This document shows, piece after piece, positions 46,272 through 55,470 of a stretch of DNA of 64,000 bases (position 1 is the stretch's first letter; each line of letters starts with the position of its first letter). Under the pieces are notes generated by a model. The model saw only the letters and a program-made list of their open reading frames with translations. It searched no databases and was not told the DNA's origin. Source of the DNA: Elusimicrobiota bacterium (GTDB taxonomy: Bacteria > Elusimicrobiota > Elusimicrobia > FEN-1173); NCBI GenBank assembly GCA_016714745.1, contig JADKCG010000015.1, positions 5,043-69,042 on the forward strand, written 5' to 3'. The position numbers were made by a program, and so were the translations under genes.

Positions 46272-46903
46272 ATGCCCGTGGAGTATCGTAGCATGAGGAA
46301 GGCCCAGGATGCGGCATTTCGGTTTGGAGTTCGACGGAGCCTGGTCATGGACGCGTTGGGAAATGGCATCAAGCCAACGGTCCGGGCTTACAAAACAACG
46401 GTGAGGACAGTGCGAAAGTGGGTCAAACGGTATCGGGAGAAAGGGGTTGATGGACTTCATGAAGTAAGCCGAGCGCCAAAGAAAAATCAGATTTCATTCG
46501 AGCGGTGGAGTCCCGAGGGTTCCAGCACTTCCAAATACCCAAGACAACCTACAATGCTGACGTGGAGACGATCCACCACTTGATTTAATTGGAATTCTTT
46601 GAGATTGAACAATTTAAGGATCGCCGAGATTTCTTTATGAAGGCGAGCACCTATCAACGATGGTTCAATACGATGAGAAAGAACAGTCACAAGTGGAACA
46701 AAAGCCCACTGGACATTCTACGAGAAGCCGCCCCGTCAGCGGCAGAGGCCATTGTCACCTTGCCAGTCCTCGATCTCGATGACCTGGTCCGCCGAAGAGT
46801 GCGTCATCTGATACAATCCCCATCTCCGCCAGGGGATACCATGTACCAGGACGCGCCCCCTGGCATTGATCGCCTTCTTCCGTTGTATGATAAATTAAAG
46901 TAG
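46272..46903 (+). pseudogene. DDE (rve-type) transposase remnant: HTH N-terminus and extreme C-terminus only
   Basis: The HTH part reads VRTVRKWVKRYREKGVDGLHEVSRAPKK. After a frame change and an in-frame stop comes ...IPKTTYNADVETIHHLI*LEFFEIEQFKDRRDFF...WFNTMRKNSHKWNKSPLDIL. The catalytic core in between is missing. Confidence 0.7.
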
Positions 46904-46916
46904 ACTTTCATTTATC

Positions 46917-48067
46917 ATGTTTCAGCGACTGCAGACATTTCGCCGGTTAGGCCACGAGACCTGCTTTCTTTGGGGCCCCCGGCAAGTGGGCAAAAGCACC
47001 TGGCTGGAGAAATCGTTCCCCAGCGCGCGGTCCTACAATTTACTTTTGTCGGATGATTATGACCGGCTTCAAAAAAAACCGTCCCTCTTACGGGAAGAGC
47101 TATTGGAAAATCCCGCCCTGGCCCGCCGTCCCATCATTATCGACGAAGTTCAAAAAGTTCCCAAACTCTTAGACGAGGTTCAGTGGCTGATCACCCATGG
47201 GAAATTCCAGTTCATCCTCTGCGGATCCAGCGCTCGAAAACTGAAAAGAGGGGGCGGGAACTTGTTGGGCGGACGCGCCCTTCGCTATGAAATGTTTCCC
47301 CTGGTTTCCCGGGAAATTCCCCGTTTCCGTTTAGACTGGGCCTTGAACCGTGGACTTGTTCCAAGGCACTACCTTTCCGAAAATCACACGGACCTGATCC
47401 AGTCATACGTCGTTGACTATCTCAGAGAAGAGATTGCCGAAGAAGCGTTGGTGCGCAACGTCCCCGCCTTCCATCGCTTTTTGGAATCCGCCGCGTTCAG
47501 CAACGGGGAAATCGTCAACGAGTTGAACATAGCCCAAGAGTGCGGGGTCAGCGGGCCCACCGTGCGACAATATTTCCAAATTTTAGAAGACACCTTGGTG
47601 GGCCGATTTCTCCCCGTGTTTCAGAAACGGCCGAAACGGAGGATCATCCGATCCCCTAAGTTTTATTACTTTGACGTAGGACTCGCCAATTTTTTGCTCA
47701 AACGGGGGCCCATCGTTGCTAAAAGCGAATCCTTCGGAAAAGCCTTTGAACATTCCTTTTTCAGGAAATAGTAGCGCACAGTCACTATTCGGGGAATTAT
47801 TACCCGCTCTACTACTGGCGCACGGCGTCCCAACTGGAAGTGGACTTTATTCTGGGAGATCACGAAGTCGCCGTGGAAGTTAAATCCACGGACATGGCCC
47901 AACCCCGCCACGCCAAAGGACTCCTGGCGTTCGCGGAAGAATACACAGTCAAAAAGTTGATCCTCGTGACACAAGACCCCCGCCCGAGACAAATGGGCCC
48001 CGTCCACGTCCTCCCCTGGGCCGATTTCCTCCACCGTCTCTGGGACGGCCACATCCTCTCTTCATGA
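46917..48067 (+). pseudogene. AAA+ ATPase of the AAA_14/DUF4143 family, frame broken once
   Basis: Walker A GPRQVGKST, IIIDEVQKVP. The C-terminal PD-(D/E)xK-like YYWRTASQLEVDFILGDHEVAVEVK continues in another frame from about 47750-47770 (AFEH|FLFQEIVAHSHYSGNYYPLYYW). Confidence 0.8.
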
Positions 48068-48125
48068 GTTCGTTTCAAAAACCACAAAAATCGGCTTTCT
48101 TAAGGTAAAATGTGTTCGACGAATT

Positions 48126-49400
48126 ATGACTCAAACTCTCCGATTTTTGTTCCCCCTGCTTTTTCTCGCGCTTTCCTTGAGCGCTGGGGAACCGACGTCC
48201 ATGGGGTCCAGACTCGACCTAAAACACTGTTACGACCTGGCGGTTCAACAAAGTGAGCCACTGAAACGTCAACGGGAAGACATTGTTCGGTCACAATCAC
48301 AGGCGCGTGCGGCCTTGGGTGGGGCCTTTCCGCATGTTTCTTGGGAATGGCGCGATATTCGACAAGACGGGAGCGGGATGGATTCCGGAGGGATCGGAAG
48401 CCTGCTGGAAAAAAACCAAATCGAATCGAAATTCTCCCTTCAACAACCGCTGTTCACAGGCTTAAAAGAATTTTCCGCTTACGCCGGATTTAAACGGCAG
48501 GAGGCTCGGGATGAATGGCGACTGCGCCAGGCGGAACTCCAACTCTATGACGAAGTGTCCCGGGCCTTCTATGATGTGGTGGCCCTGGAATCTGCCCTCG
48601 TCAACAACGCCACCTCCGTTGCGCTTTCCCAAGACCGGCTTGCCGAACTGACATCGTTTTACCGACTGGGAAAATCCCGGGAAGGGGAAGTCTTTAGCGC
48701 AGAGTCCCAATGGACGGCGCTTAAGGCCATTCACGTCCGCCTGAAAGGTCAAATCCGCGTGGCCCGGGAAACGCTTTCCTTCCTCCTTGGGCAAGAAGTG
48801 GGAGCCGCCCCCTTGGTTCAGGGTTCCGCCGAAACGCCGGAACCCGTCGCCCGATACTTGACCCTGGCGGCCCGTCGACCGGACCTGGAAGCCCAACGGC
48901 AAGAAGTGTTGGCCCAAACGTTGCGTGTCCGTTACGAAAAAGGGTCTTATTGGCCCATCGCGAATTTGTCGGGAAATTATTACACCCAACGCCCCAGCTT
49001 TTATGACCCCATCCAATGGGACGTGATGTTGAACTTAGACGTCCCGCTTTTCCAGGGGGGCACCGTGGCCGCCCGAGTGAAGGATGCCCGATCTGGACTT
49101 CAGCAAGCCCAATTGTCCTTGGACTATTTAGAACGGCAGATCCAAAGCGACGTTAAAAAAGCGTATGAGGCCTGGACGGCTTCCCTTGAAGAATCCCAAG
49201 CCTTGGGCGACGCCACCCACGCCGCCCAAAAAAGTTATGACGCCCAACGGCGGGAATACCGGTTGGGCCTGGTGACGAACCTGGACGTCATAAATGCCAT
49301 GAACCTCATGCAAACCGCCAAGCGTGCATGGGACGACGCCGACGTGGAAGCCCAACGCCGTTACGTCGCGTTGGTCGTCGTCACAGGGGCTCTGCCATGA
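48126..49400 (+). CDS. TolC-family outer membrane efflux protein
   Basis: It has a signal peptide and two OEP-type repeats with coiled-coil-rich composition. Its stop overlaps the RND ATG (ATGA). Confidence 0.85.
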   Translation: MTQTLRFLFPLLFLALSLSAGEPTSMGSRLDLKHCYDLAVQQSEPLKRQREDIVRSQSQARAALGGAFPHVSWEWRDIRQDGSGMDSGGIGSLLEKNQIESKFSLQQPLFTGLKEFSAYAGFKRQEARDEWRLRQAELQLYDEVSRAFYDVVALESALVNNATSVALSQDRLAELTSFYRLGKSREGEVFSAESQWTALKAIHVRLKGQIRVARETLSFLLGQEVGAAPLVQGSAETPEPVARYLTLAARRPDLEAQRQEVLAQTLRVRYEKGSYWPIANLSGNYYTQRPSFYDPIQWDVMLNLDVPLFQGGTVAARVKDARSGLQQAQLSLDYLERQIQSDVKKAYEAWTASLEESQALGDATHAAQKSYDAQRREYRLGLVTNLDVINAMNLMQTAKRAWDDADVEAQRRYVALVVVTGALP

Positions 49401-52400
49401 GACTATCCGACACCGCCATAAAAAACCCCGTCTTCGCCTGGATGCTTATGGCCGGGATGATCATTTTCGGCATCATCAGTTTCATGTCCATCGGCAAAAG
49501 CCAATTGCCCGATGTGGACTTTCCCATCATTAGCGTCACCGCCCGGTGGGAAGGAGCTTCCCCGGAGGTCATGGAAACCGATGTGGTGGACGTGATCGAA
49601 GACGCGGTGACTTCGGTCAAAGGCGTGAAAAAAATCAATTCCACCTCCCGCCTGGGTCAAGCCTCCATCATCATCGAATTCGATTTAAAAACAGACGTGG
49701 ACGTGGCGCTCCAGGAGGTCCAAAGCACCATTTCCCAAGCCCAGTTCAACTTGCCGAAAGATCTCGACCCTCCGATCATCGCCAAGTTCAACCCGGAAGA
49801 CCAACCCTTCATGTGGCTGTCGGTCTCCGGCGACCGGCCCCTGCGTTATTTAATGGAGTTGGTGCGGGACAACCTAAAACAGGAGTTCACGACGATCCCC
49901 GGTGTGGGTAACGTTTTTCTGGGCGGCTATGTGGAACCGTCCCTGCGGGTGTGGCTGGACCCTAAAAAAATGGACGCCACGGAAATCACCGTTCAGGACG
50001 TCGTCGCCGCGGTCCAAAGCGAACACAGCGAACGTCCCGCCGGATACCTCACCTCTCCGACTAAAGAATGGAATCTCCGCGTCATGGGAGAGATCGCCAA
50101 ACCGGACGAATTCCAAAACCTCATCATCCCCACACGCAACGGCGCGCCGGTGTACCGACGGTTCCAAATCAAAGACGTGGCCACCGTGGAAGATGGCCTG
50201 GCCGATGCCCGGGCCATTTCCCGCGTGAATCTCAAGCCCGCCGTGGGTCTCGGCATTTTAAAACAACGGAACGCCAACATGGTGGAAGTGGGCCGCCGCG
50301 TTACCGAGAAGGTGACAGCGCTCCAGAAAACCCTGCCGGCGGGCGTTCAATTGGCGGTCAACTTTGATGGAACCGCTTTTGTAAAACAATCCACCCACGA
50401 ATTGAATTTCAACCTCATCCTCGCCGCGATCCTGACCTCCGTGATTTGTTGGCTCTTTTTGGGATCATGGAGTTCCGCGATTAATATCATCCTGGCCATC
50501 CCCACATCGATTTTGGGCACCTTTATTATCTTACAGATGTTGGGGTTCACTCAAAACACGTTCACGCTGTTGGGCCTGACCTTGGTGGTTGGCATCGTGG
50601 TCGACGACGCCATCATGGTGTTGGAAAACATCGTCCGCCACCGGGAAATGGGCGAACCCCGGGTCCAAGCCGCGATCGTGGGCGCGAGGGAAATCTATTT
50701 CGCCGCCATGGCGACCTCCGTGGCCATTTTAGCCATCTTCCTCCCCGTGGTCTTTATTAAAGGCGTCATCGGGAAATATTTCTTCCAATTCGGAATGACC
50801 ATTTCAGCGGCAGTCATGTTGTCTTTGCTGGAAGCGTTGACCCTCGCCCCCATGCGCTGTTCCCAGTTTTTAGAAGTGGGACAGGGCGGGATCGTGTCGC
50901 GCGCCATGGATCGATTGATGGAGGTGCTGACGCGCTGGTATAAGGTGGCCTTGGAACTCTGTCTTCGCAACCGATGGAAGGTCGTGGGCATTTCCATCCT
51001 GATTTTTGCCGCCTCCCTCTTTCTGTTCAAACCCATCAAAAAAGAACTGATGCCGCCCCAAGACCAAAGTATGCTCTTCGTACGAATCCAAACCCCCGTG
51101 GGCTCTTCCTTGGCGTTTACGGATGACACGTTGAAAAAGGCGGAAACCTTCACGCTGTCGCGGGGGGAGGTGGAGCGGTACTACGCCGCGGTGGGCGGGT
51201 TTGAAGGGGGCGAAATCAACTCCGCGTTCATGTTCATCACCTTGAAACAACCGAAAGATCGCCCTGTCCAGCCTGGCCGAAAAAAGGCGTATACCCAACA
51301 GGAACTCATGGACATTTTCCGCGACGACTTAAACAAAATCCCCGGCGTCGAAAAAGCCCTTTTGCAAGATCTCTCGGTCGCGGGAGGCGGCGCTGAACCC
51401 GGATTTCCCGTGGACCTTTCGCTCCGGGGCCGAGACTGGGACGAGTTGGCCCGGGTCAGCGAAATCGTCAAAGCCAAAATGAAAGAATCGGGTCTCATGG
51501 TAGACGTGGACTCCAATTATGAATTGGGCATGCCGGAAGTTCAAATTTTCCCTAACCGCGCCGCGGCCGCGGAACGGGGCGTTAGCGTCTCCGCCATTGG
51601 CGACGTGGTGAACGCCACCCTGGGTGGCCAGCGAGTGGGCAAATTCTCTCGGGGCGGTCGCCGCTACGATGTCCGAGTGCGTTTTTCTGAAACCGACCGC
51701 AACAAACCTTCCGACATTAGCAAGATCAGCGTGCGCAACAATCGGGGTCAGGTGGTTCCCCTGACCGACGTGATCACCGTACAAGAAAAGAAAACGCTCC
51801 TCACCATCACCCGGGAAAACCGTTCCCGCGCCATTCGACTATACGCCAACGTGGCCACCGGAAAATCCCAAGCCGACGCGCTGAACGCCATGCGGAAAAT
51901 AGAAAAGGACGTTTTACCGGAAGGAGTGAAAATGGTTTTTTCGGGTGCCTCTGAAACGTTTCAAGAGGCGTTCATGGGACTGGCCATCGCGTTGGTACTG
52001 GGCGTTCTAATCGCCTACATGGTCTTGGGATCCCAATTCAACAGCTTCATTCACCCCCTCCTCGTCTTGCTGGCGCTCCCGTTCAGCATTACCGGCGCCG
52101 TGATGGCTCTGTATCTGGGGAACCAATCCTTGAATATGTTCAGCATGATTGGGATTGTCCTCTTGATGGGGATCGTCAAAAAGAACTCCATCATGCTGGT
52201 GGATTTCACAAACGAACGGCGAACGAAAAAAGGGCTCAACGTAAGAGAGGCGCTCATGGACGCTTGCCCCATCCGACTCCGCCCGATTCTCATGACCACG
52301 GTCGCCACCGTCGCCGCCGCGATTCCCCCCGCCCTGGCGCTCGGCCCTGGGGCCGAAACCCGCGTGCCCATGGCCCTGGTGATCATCGGCGGCGTCTCTG

Positions 52401-52522
52401 TCTCCGCGCTATTAACCCTTTTCGTCGTCCCCTGCGCCTACAGCCTCACCGCCCGCCTCGAAAACCACACACACGACGTCGACCTCAAAGAAGCCCTTAA
52501 ACAGTTGGGCGAACTGAGATAA
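49397..52522 (+). CDS. RND-family efflux transporter (AcrB/HAE1-like inner membrane pump)
   Basis: MRLSDTAIKNPVFAWMLMAGMIIFG... 12-TM architecture with two large periplasmic loops; VDDAIMVLENI motif. I use the start at the internal ATG, not 49328. Confidence 0.9.
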   Translation: MRLSDTAIKNPVFAWMLMAGMIIFGIISFMSIGKSQLPDVDFPIISVTARWEGASPEVMETDVVDVIEDAVTSVKGVKKINSTSRLGQASIIIEFDLKTDVDVALQEVQSTISQAQFNLPKDLDPPIIAKFNPEDQPFMWLSVSGDRPLRYLMELVRDNLKQEFTTIPGVGNVFLGGYVEPSLRVWLDPKKMDATEITVQDVVAAVQSEHSERPAGYLTSPTKEWNLRVMGEIAKPDEFQNLIIPTRNGAPVYRRFQIKDVATVEDGLADARAISRVNLKPAVGLGILKQRNANMVEVGRRVTEKVTALQKTLPAGVQLAVNFDGTAFVKQSTHELNFNLILAAILTSVICWLFLGSWSSAINIILAIPTSILGTFIILQMLGFTQNTFTLLGLTLVVGIVVDDAIMVLENIVRHREMGEPRVQAAIVGAREIYFAAMATSVAILAIFLPVVFIKGVIGKYFFQFGMTISAAVMLSLLEALTLAPMRCSQFLEVGQGGIVSRAMDRLMEVLTRWYKVALELCLRNRWKVVGISILIFAASLFLFKPIKKELMPPQDQSMLFVRIQTPVGSSLAFTDDTLKKAETFTLSRGEVERYYAAVGGFEGGEINSAFMFITLKQPKDRPVQPGRKKAYTQQELMDIFRDDLNKIPGVEKALLQDLSVAGGGAEPGFPVDLSLRGRDWDELARVSEIVKAKMKESGLMVDVDSNYELGMPEVQIFPNRAAAAERGVSVSAIGDVVNATLGGQRVGKFSRGGRRYDVRVRFSETDRNKPSDISKISVRNNRGQVVPLTDVITVQEKKTLLTITRENRSRAIRLYANVATGKSQADALNAMRKIEKDVLPEGVKMVFSGASETFQEAFMGLAIALVLGVLIAYMVLGSQFNSFIHPLLVLLALPFSITGAVMALYLGNQSLNMFSMIGIVLLMGIVKKNSIMLVDFTNERRTKKGLNVREALMDACPIRLRPILMTTVATVAAAIPPALALGPGAETRVPMALVIIGGVSVSALLTLFVVPCAYSLTARLENHTHDVDLKEALKQLGELR

Positions 52523-52584
52523 AGAGGGAGCCATGTTTAACGATCGACGTGACGCGGGTCGACAGACAGACAAATCAAAAGGGC

Positions 52585-53871
52585 TCAAGTCTTGACTTGG
52601 GATTCCTCGCTTTCATTCGCGCCTCCCGCCCTTTTCTGAAGGACTACGACGGTTTCCACGTGGGGGGTATGGGGGAAGAGGTCCACCGCTTGCGCCGCCT
52701 CCACTTGATACGTGGGGCTCAAAAGGCTCAGGTCGCGCGCGAGGGCTTCAAGGTGACAAGAGACATAGACCCAGCGGTGGATGGGATGATGGAGAAGGAG
52801 TTTCAACACATCGGGTTGGAGGCCGGGGCGGGGGGGGTCCATCACCGCCACAGACCTCGGCGCTTTCCACGCCTCTAAAAAATGGGGCGATTTGGCAAAA
52901 GACGCAGCGTCTAGGGTATGAAATTCCACCCGGGAAATACCAAAAGCTTGGGCATTCGCCTGGGCGTCGGCCACCGCTTGGGGGTTCAGTTCAATGCCAA
53001 TGATTCGGTCCGCCCGATCCGCACAATAGAGCCCGATGGAGCCGGAACCACAGTATACGTCAAACAAGACCACATCCCTCCCCCTGTCTGTTTCAGCGGC
53101 TTTGTCGTCCCAGGCACCGGACACACGGATACCGGCCGCGCCAACGAGCGGAAGGGAATGGGCTTTTTGAGACAGTCCCTCTTTAATCACTTGATACAAG
53201 AGTTCCGCTCCCCGGGTGTTCGTCTGAAAAAAGGTTCGGGGTGAAATTTTATAGGTCAGGTTTCCCAGTTTTTCTTCAATAAATCCCGGCCCTATCAATA
53301 CCGCCCGCTCCTCTCCCCACGCCACGTCCGAGAGACCCGCGTTCACGCTCCACACCACCGTATCCACGCGCGCCCCACTGGACTTCAGGGCCTCTAGGAA
53401 AGACTCTTTGGGAATCTCCCCCTCCGCGGTGACCAGAACCACCATCCTCTGGCCCGTGTTCTTCCCCTCCCGAACAACAAGATAGCGCAAAAAACCCCGA
53501 TGGGATTTCAAATGGTATGTGGGAAGGTTTTCCTTAACGGCCCAGGCACGAACCGACGCCAACAACCGCCCCACCTCGGAAGATTGCAGGCGACATTCCG
53601 TTAAGTCCACGATCCGGTCGAACTTTCCTTTTTGCCGAAGGCCGAGAAGCGGCGGGGCATCTTTCAATCCACCAAAAGCGAACTCCATTTTGTTCCGATA
53701 AAAGCATTCGTCCGGCGAGGACACCATGGGGAGGAACGTCGTGACGGGAAAGGGCTGGAGAACCCGCCGAACCATCGCTTCTTTGGCCGCCACCTGTTGC
53801 GCATAAGGCTGATCTTGGGTGGCACACCCTCCGCACACCCCGAAATGGGGGCAAAGATCCGGATCAATCAC
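52585..53871 (-). CDS. RumA/TrmA-family RNA (uracil-5-)-methyltransferase
   Basis: N-terminal Cys cluster CPHFGVCGGC; DVYCGSG; DPPRPG; VYVSC (catalytic Cys); DLFPHTPHVE. Confidence 0.85.
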   Translation of the reverse strand: MIDPDLCPHFGVCGGCATQDQPYAQQVAAKEAMVRRVLQPFPVTTFLPMVSSPDECFYRNKMEFAFGGLKDAPPLLGLRQKGKFDRIVDLTECRLQSSEVGRLLASVRAWAVKENLPTYHLKSHRGFLRYLVVREGKNTGQRMVVLVTAEGEIPKESFLEALKSSGARVDTVVWSVNAGLSDVAWGEERAVLIGPGFIEEKLGNLTYKISPRTFFQTNTRGAELLYQVIKEGLSQKAHSLPLVGAAGIRVSGAWDDKAAETDRGRDVVLFDVYCGSGSIGLYCADRADRIIGIELNPQAVADAQANAQAFGISRVEFHTLDAASFAKSPHFLEAWKAPRSVAVMDPPRPGLQPDVLKLLLHHPIHRWVYVSCHLEALARDLSLLSPTYQVEAAQAVDLFPHTPHVETVVVLQKRAGGANESEESQVKT

Positions 53872-54278
53872 TGGACGGCTGATGGTTTGGAGGTTTTAAA
53901 GAGAGAGGATTTCCGCTGGCGGACGTAGAGGGAGAGGACCAAGGCCGCGCCCAAGGAATCCAATACCACATCGCGGACTTTGCCGAACCGGCCGGGAACA
54001 AAAGATTGGTGCCACTCGTCGGAAACGGCGTAAAGGACACAGAGGAACAGCCCCACCACCAGGACACGCCGCGCCTGCCAACCGATTCTCGACAGAGCTC
54101 GCGCCAAAAAAAAGGCCAAGACGCCGTAGACAAAGAGATGCGCGAATTTCCGAAACATCAGTTCTGGAAGTTCCGCCCCCCCGCCAGTTCGATAATCTGG
54201 AATAGAGGAAAAGTAAAAGATGAGGCCCGCCCACCCCACCACCGGCCCCCACAGGGAAAGCCATCGAAGCGTTTTCAC
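53868..54278 (-). CDS. VanZ-like family membrane protein
   Basis: KFAHLFVYGVLAFF, SDEWHQSFVPGR, DVVLDSLGA. Confidence 0.8.
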   Translation of the reverse strand: MKTLRWLSLWGPVVGWAGLIFYFSSIPDYRTGGGAELPELMFRKFAHLFVYGVLAFFLARALSRIGWQARRVLVVGLFLCVLYAVSDEWHQSFVPGRFGKVRDVVLDSLGAALVLSLYVRQRKSSLFKTSKPSAVQ

Positions 54279-55033
54279 AAAAGCCCCTTGTCTCGAAAAC
54301 TGAAATAGCGGCCGTTCCCCACGATGAGGTGGTCCAACACAGTGACCCCAATGGTTTTAGCGGCCTGAACAAGAAGAGCGGTCAAGCGTTTGTCGTCCGG
54401 AGACGGAGTGGGATCGCCCGAGGGATGGTTGTGCACAAAAATGAGCCCGGCGGCATTCGCCGCCAGGGCTCCGGCCACCACGCGGCGCGGGTAGACCGCG
54501 GCTTGGTCGATGGTCCCTTCGGCCAACCGGTCTTTGCCGATCACCCGGTTTTTGGTGGAAAGGTAGACCACGTCAAACACTTCGTTTTTGAGACCTTCCA
54601 GCGAGGCGCGGCAATAAGACAAGACCGCTTCCGGGGAATTCAGCAGATCCGCTTGGCGTGCTTCCGTCTCAAAATAGCGTTCCATCACCCCACGAATCAA
54701 TGACACAAAAGCGCCTGTGCTCGGGCCCGCTCCTTCCACCAAAGCCAACTGATCCGAGCTTGCGTCCAAAACCCCCTTGAAGGAACCAAACTTGTCCAAC
54801 AACCGTTTGGCCAAAGGTTTTGTGTCACAGCGGGCAAAAGCGTATGTCAGGAGAAGTTCCAACAGCTCATAGTCCGCGAAGCCTTTCCCCCCAACGGATT
54901 CCCAGCGCGCCCGCAGGCGTCGTCGGTGCCCCCAATGGTCCGGATCCTCCGGAAGGGTTTCGCCATTCGTTGGCACGGCCGCCCCAAGAGTCGGGTCCAA
55001 CAACGCCGTCCCCGTTTCCCGCGCCCGCGCCAC
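54275..55033 (-). CDS. radC: RadC-family JAB-domain protein
   Basis: GHRRRLRARW, ELLELLL, HNHPSGDPTPSPDD (JAMM-like motif). I place the start at GTG 55033, 5 nt after the thioesterase stop. The ORF-track start 55195 lies inside the upstream gene. Confidence 0.8.
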   Translation of the reverse strand: MARARETGTALLDPTLGAAVPTNGETLPEDPDHWGHRRRLRARWESVGGKGFADYELLELLLTYAFARCDTKPLAKRLLDKFGSFKGVLDASSDQLALVEGAGPSTGAFVSLIRGVMERYFETEARQADLLNSPEAVLSYCRASLEGLKNEVFDVVYLSTKNRVIGKDRLAEGTIDQAAVYPRRVVAGALAANAAGLIFVHNHPSGDPTPSPDDKRLTALLVQAAKTIGVTVLDHLIVGNGRYFSFRDKGLL

Positions 55034-55037
55034 CGCT

Positions 55038-55460
55038 TTATCCTTCCTTGGCAAGAGGGACCACCGCCCGAAGCAGGATGTCTTTGACAGCGGGAGGAAC
55101 CGGCACGGGCTTCCAGGATTTATTGACGAAAGGATGTTTCGTGAACCCGAGGGCCATGCGTTTTCCCGTATCGCCATTGACAAGTTCATACTCAAAGGTC
55201 ATGGACGCCCGACCGAGATCGGAAATTCTCGTCCGAATTTTAATCAGGTCATCGTAATGGGCGGGCGCCAAATATTTCACCTGGGTTTCCATGACCGGAA
55301 GATAAATCCCTTGCTCTTCTAAATCCCGATACCGCACCCCCATTTCCCGCATAAACTCCGTCCGCCCGCGCTCAAAAAGCACGAGGTAGTTGGCATAATA
55401 CACAACGCCCATTCGATCCGTGTCCGCATACGAAACGCGAAAATCCAGTTCGTGGATCAA
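55038..55460 (-). CDS. acyl-CoA thioesterase (YbgC/4HBT hotdog family)
   Basis: RVSYADTDRMGVVYYANYLVLFERGRTEFMREMG. Confidence 0.85.
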   Translation of the reverse strand: MIHELDFRVSYADTDRMGVVYYANYLVLFERGRTEFMREMGVRYRDLEEQGIYLPVMETQVKYLAPAHYDDLIKIRTRISDLGRASMTFEYELVNGDTGKRMALGFTKHPFVNKSWKPVPVPPAVKDILLRAVVPLAKEG

Positions 55461-55470
55461 AGGAAAGACC

